A stretch of DNA of 38,827 nt from Octopus bimaculoides. Its lineage: Eukaryota. A program made the position numbers and the translations under genes. Positions 36,158 through 38,827 of this stretch are shown piece after piece. The DNA is taken from the NCBI RefSeq assembly GCF_001194135.2, contig NC_068983.1, forward strand, positions 123,789,980 to 123,828,806, given 5' to 3'. The first letter of the stretch is position 1. Every line of letters begins with the position of its first letter. The notes below the pieces were generated by a model. That model was not told the DNA's origin. It searched no databases and saw nothing but the letters and a program-made list of their open reading frames with translations.

Positions 36158-36576
36158 TTTCAGATAAGCCACCTGGTTATGTAGAATCCCATGAAGTGGA
36201 ATCACATGGGAGTCCCCATGACTCTCAAGACTCAACTACTCTCCACTCTATATTATCCAACGAAGATGATTACAATGAAGACCACCAGGTGGTGTATCAC
36301 AGAGGACATCATAATGCGGCTCTGGTGAAAAAACACGGCCGACATCATAACTATCACGATGAACATTCTATGGTCACTCAAGCTATTACAACTTTGAGTC
36401 AAATCTTGCTAAATAGTACGAGTGACTATGAAGAGGAGGACAACCACAGCATCTCTCATGGTCATGGAGAGGATCATGGTCATGGAGGAGGGCACCATGG
36501 CCATTCCGACAAAGAAATTGCAGAACATACCCTCCATTATGCTAGCCTTGCTATCCTGTGTATCTTTCTTGTTGAG
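36158..36576 (+). CDS. HVCN1: Hv1-family proton channel, exon encoding long His-rich S1-S2 loop and S2
   Basis: Phase-1 acceptor (AG at 36156-57, or alternative AG at 36162-63) matches the previous exon; donor |gtaagc at 36577. Ends LHYASLAILCIFLVE, matching human FHYMSITILVFFMME (H140, S143, F150, E153). Open throughout. Confidence 0.92.
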
Positions 36577-36949
36577 GTAAGCATGTTTTCCTGCTATTCT
36601 TTCCAATCTCAGTAAGAGGTGATTAAGAATATAAGGAAAAAAATAATTCTTTCAACAAGTTCCTTTTGTACAAAGTCAATATATCAGTTTCTCTTTCCTC
36701 AAGAGTTGGTACCATTCTTCATGGGTCGTTAGGTTTGTTAACAATGATTAGAACCATTCAGATTCTCAGAACTATAGTTCTGTTCTTAAGAACAAAAATG
36801 TATTTGTTTATTTATGTTTGTGAAAAGTGTAACAGAAATAATTGTCTAATTCTGGCATCAATTTCATTAGGTTAGAAGGGATTTGGAATTTATATCTTTA
36901 TATCATATCTTTATTGGTGTTCCCATTGCAATTGTATGTGGGCAGTAGA

Positions 36950-37128
36950 ATGCAGCCTGAGGGGAAAAGAGCAGTAGGGTGCACTAAAACCACATGGCAA
37001 AGGACAATTGATAAGGAAAGGAGATGAGAAGGGTGGAGAAACTGGAATGTGACCAAAACAGTGGCAGAAGACAGAGCTGGTTGGAGAGATTATGTTGAGG
37101 CACAGAGAGAACTAATTAACCATAAGTC
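36950..37128 (+). mobile_element. RTE-clade LINE 3'-terminal fragment
   Basis: PEGKRAVGCTKTTWQRTI...W...AEDRAGWRDYVEA resembles the GKRxRGRPKxTW...A.DR..WR C-terminus of RTE ORFs. Confidence 0.7.
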
Positions 37129-37232
37129 ACTCTATTTTATAATTAATTTTAATTGAAAGAAAAGGGTGACACTTATACACAGAATATATGAATATGAAAG
37201 GAAAAAATTTTGTACCAAGATTTAACATAAAA

Positions 37233-37440
37233 TTAGGAGTGCAACACATACATGAGTGCAACTTATACATGAATGTGACTTATATATGAGTGTGACTTAT
37301 ACATGAGTGCAACTGATACACAAGTGTGACTTAGACATAAGTGCAACTTACACATGAATGCAAGTTATACAGGAGTGTGACTTGTACATTAGTGTGACTG
37401 ATACACATGCAGGATTTATACATGAGTGTGACTTATACAT
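37233..37440. repeat. 17-bp minisatellite, consensus ACATGAGTG(TG/CA)ACTTAT, about 12 copies
   Basis: Eleven units in exact 17-bp register from 37250 to 37436, plus degenerate flanks. Confidence 0.92.
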
Positions 37441-37652
37441 AACTAAATATAGTAGGTAATTAGGTCTTAGAATATATGCAGAAAATAGAGCAAAATAGTC
37501 ATTGATCTAAATAAGCACAAGTTAGTAAAAGATCTTCAGTTATAGAAATAAAGTGTTTTCCCAATGTTTTCACTGTTTTATGTTTAGTTTCTTTTATGTT
37601 AAATAATTGAACACTGTTGTTTGCTATTATTCACATCAATTTATCATTTTAG

Positions 37653-37706
37653 GTCATATGTAAAGTTATAGCTGAAGGAACTCACCTATTGAAGCATAAA
37701 GCGGAA
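37653..37706 (+). CDS. HVCN1: Hv1-family proton channel, 54-nt exon encoding end of S2 and S2-S3 linker
   Basis: Acceptor ttatcattttag|, donor |gtatgt, phase 0/0. VICKVIAEGTHLLKHKAE aligns gap-free with human IIFKLFVFRLEFFHHKFE (K157, H168, K169, E171). Confidence 0.88.
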
Positions 37707-38230
37707 GTATGTATATATATCCTTTCATTTCCAAACGTTGTTACAAAATAATGAAATAACTATGATGAAGTTTCTTTTTCAAATATATTGTAAATCAGAT
37801 TCTTAACTCTTTACCTGTCCCATGCATCACATGTAACACACAAGACATATTACCCTTGTGTCCATGCATTATATATGATACACATTCGCAATTTTTTTTT
37901 CAACTACCAGAGTGACTTGGGTCTTATGAAAGGAAAACTAAGGGCAAAATAAAAGTCTCAAAACAAACATAGACATCTGGGACAGACTTATGAAAATGCT
38001 TTAGATTGGCAAAAGGTTAATGTTGATTATAAAATGAAATTTAATGTTGGATATTTATTTGTTCACTTTTCATATTAATTAGTTTATTTATTTTCTTTTA
38101 TTCCGGTTGACAAGCATTTCCCCTTTAAGTTATAGCTGAATTGAATATATATGCATATGTGTGAGTATATATATGTGTGTGTGTGTGTGTGTGTAGACAC
38201 TTATATGCATATATATATACATGCATACTT

Positions 38231-38277
<47 letters not shown>

Positions 38278-38619
38278 GCCATCCAAGAATCCATAAATCA
38301 GAAAAAGTATGCACCCATACATTTGTCATGAGTGCATACTTTTAACATAAAATATATTAACTGAAGTGTACTGTATTATATATCCATTATTGCTGATCTT
38401 ACCAATCAGCCCCACAGTGGGGATTCGCTGGGATGTAAGATAACAGCTCAATCATGTAACTTTATGCTCTTCAGAGTTCACAGTTACAGAAGAAAACATG
38501 GTGTTTTCTTCCATATCTGTCAGCTCTAAAGAGCACAGGGTTACATAATTGGGCTATTATCTAACATTCTGTTGAACTCCCACTGTGAAACTGATTGATA
38601 AGATTAATTGAATGGTTCC

Positions 38620-38827
38620 GGCCCATCAGGAATCACTGCAGAGATGCTCAAAATATCTGGCAGTGTTGGCTACAGCCTAGTCATCCGTATTACGAACCAG
38701 GTGATACACGAAGGAGTCATACCCAATGACTGGTGTAGCAGCACCATAGTAAACTGCTACAAAGGTAAAGGTGACGCTTTAGATACTAATAATTACAGAA
38801 GCATTAAGCTGTTAGATCAGGTTATGA
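38620..38827 (+). mobile_element. RTE-clade LINE fragment, start of reverse transcriptase domain (runs off window)
   Basis: Open frame GPSGITAEMLK...IPNDWCSSTIVNCYKGKGDALDTNNYRSIKLLDQVM. Confidence 0.88.

Noticed and set aside
36196-36615. Standalone His-rich protein or ZIP zinc transporter, as the ORF track suggests
   Set aside because: The GTG start is internal to an exon, and the flanking exons show a voltage-sensor (Hv) fold rather than SLC39/SLC30 helices.
37233-37440. CRISPR array
   Set aside because: Contiguous tandem units with no unique spacers, in a eukaryotic intron with no cas genes.
37707-38827. Hv1 S3/S4 exons
   Set aside because: No xxDxxVV or RxWRxxR frame found after any acceptor; these exons are presumably beyond the window.

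Overview
AT-rich, microsatellite-laden eukaryotic genomic DNA with five N-gaps. The SINE families and repeat landscape suggest an octopus or other coleoid cephalopod (inference; no database search). Most six-frame ORFs are microsatellite or N artefacts. The one host gene I can support is a + strand voltage-gated proton channel (Hv1/HVCN1 family), seen as three phase-compatible exons: 32271-32395 (S0-S1), 36158-36576 (S1-S2 loop plus S2) and 37653-37706 (S2-S3 linker). Its N-terminal exon(s) were not identified and S3/S4 lie beyond the window end. The striking feature is an extracellular S1-S2 loop of about 124-126 aa (11 aa in human HVCN1) with 22 His, about 23 Asp/Glu, a (HG)n tract and two N-glycosylation sequons. 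This suggests a built-in Zn2+/H+ sensing or buffering ectodomain, and a tandem splice acceptor could swap Leu-Ser-Asp for one His at its start. The rest is transposon debris: two decayed mariners (one with a nested 8-bp-TSD Merlin-like element), an internally deleted Tigger, hAT and Tc1 MITEs, fragments of RTE, R4/Dong-like and Penelope-like retroelements, many SINEs, minisatellites, several foldback hairpins and degenerate hammerhead-like motifs. No rRNA, true tRNA gene or CRISPR array was seen.
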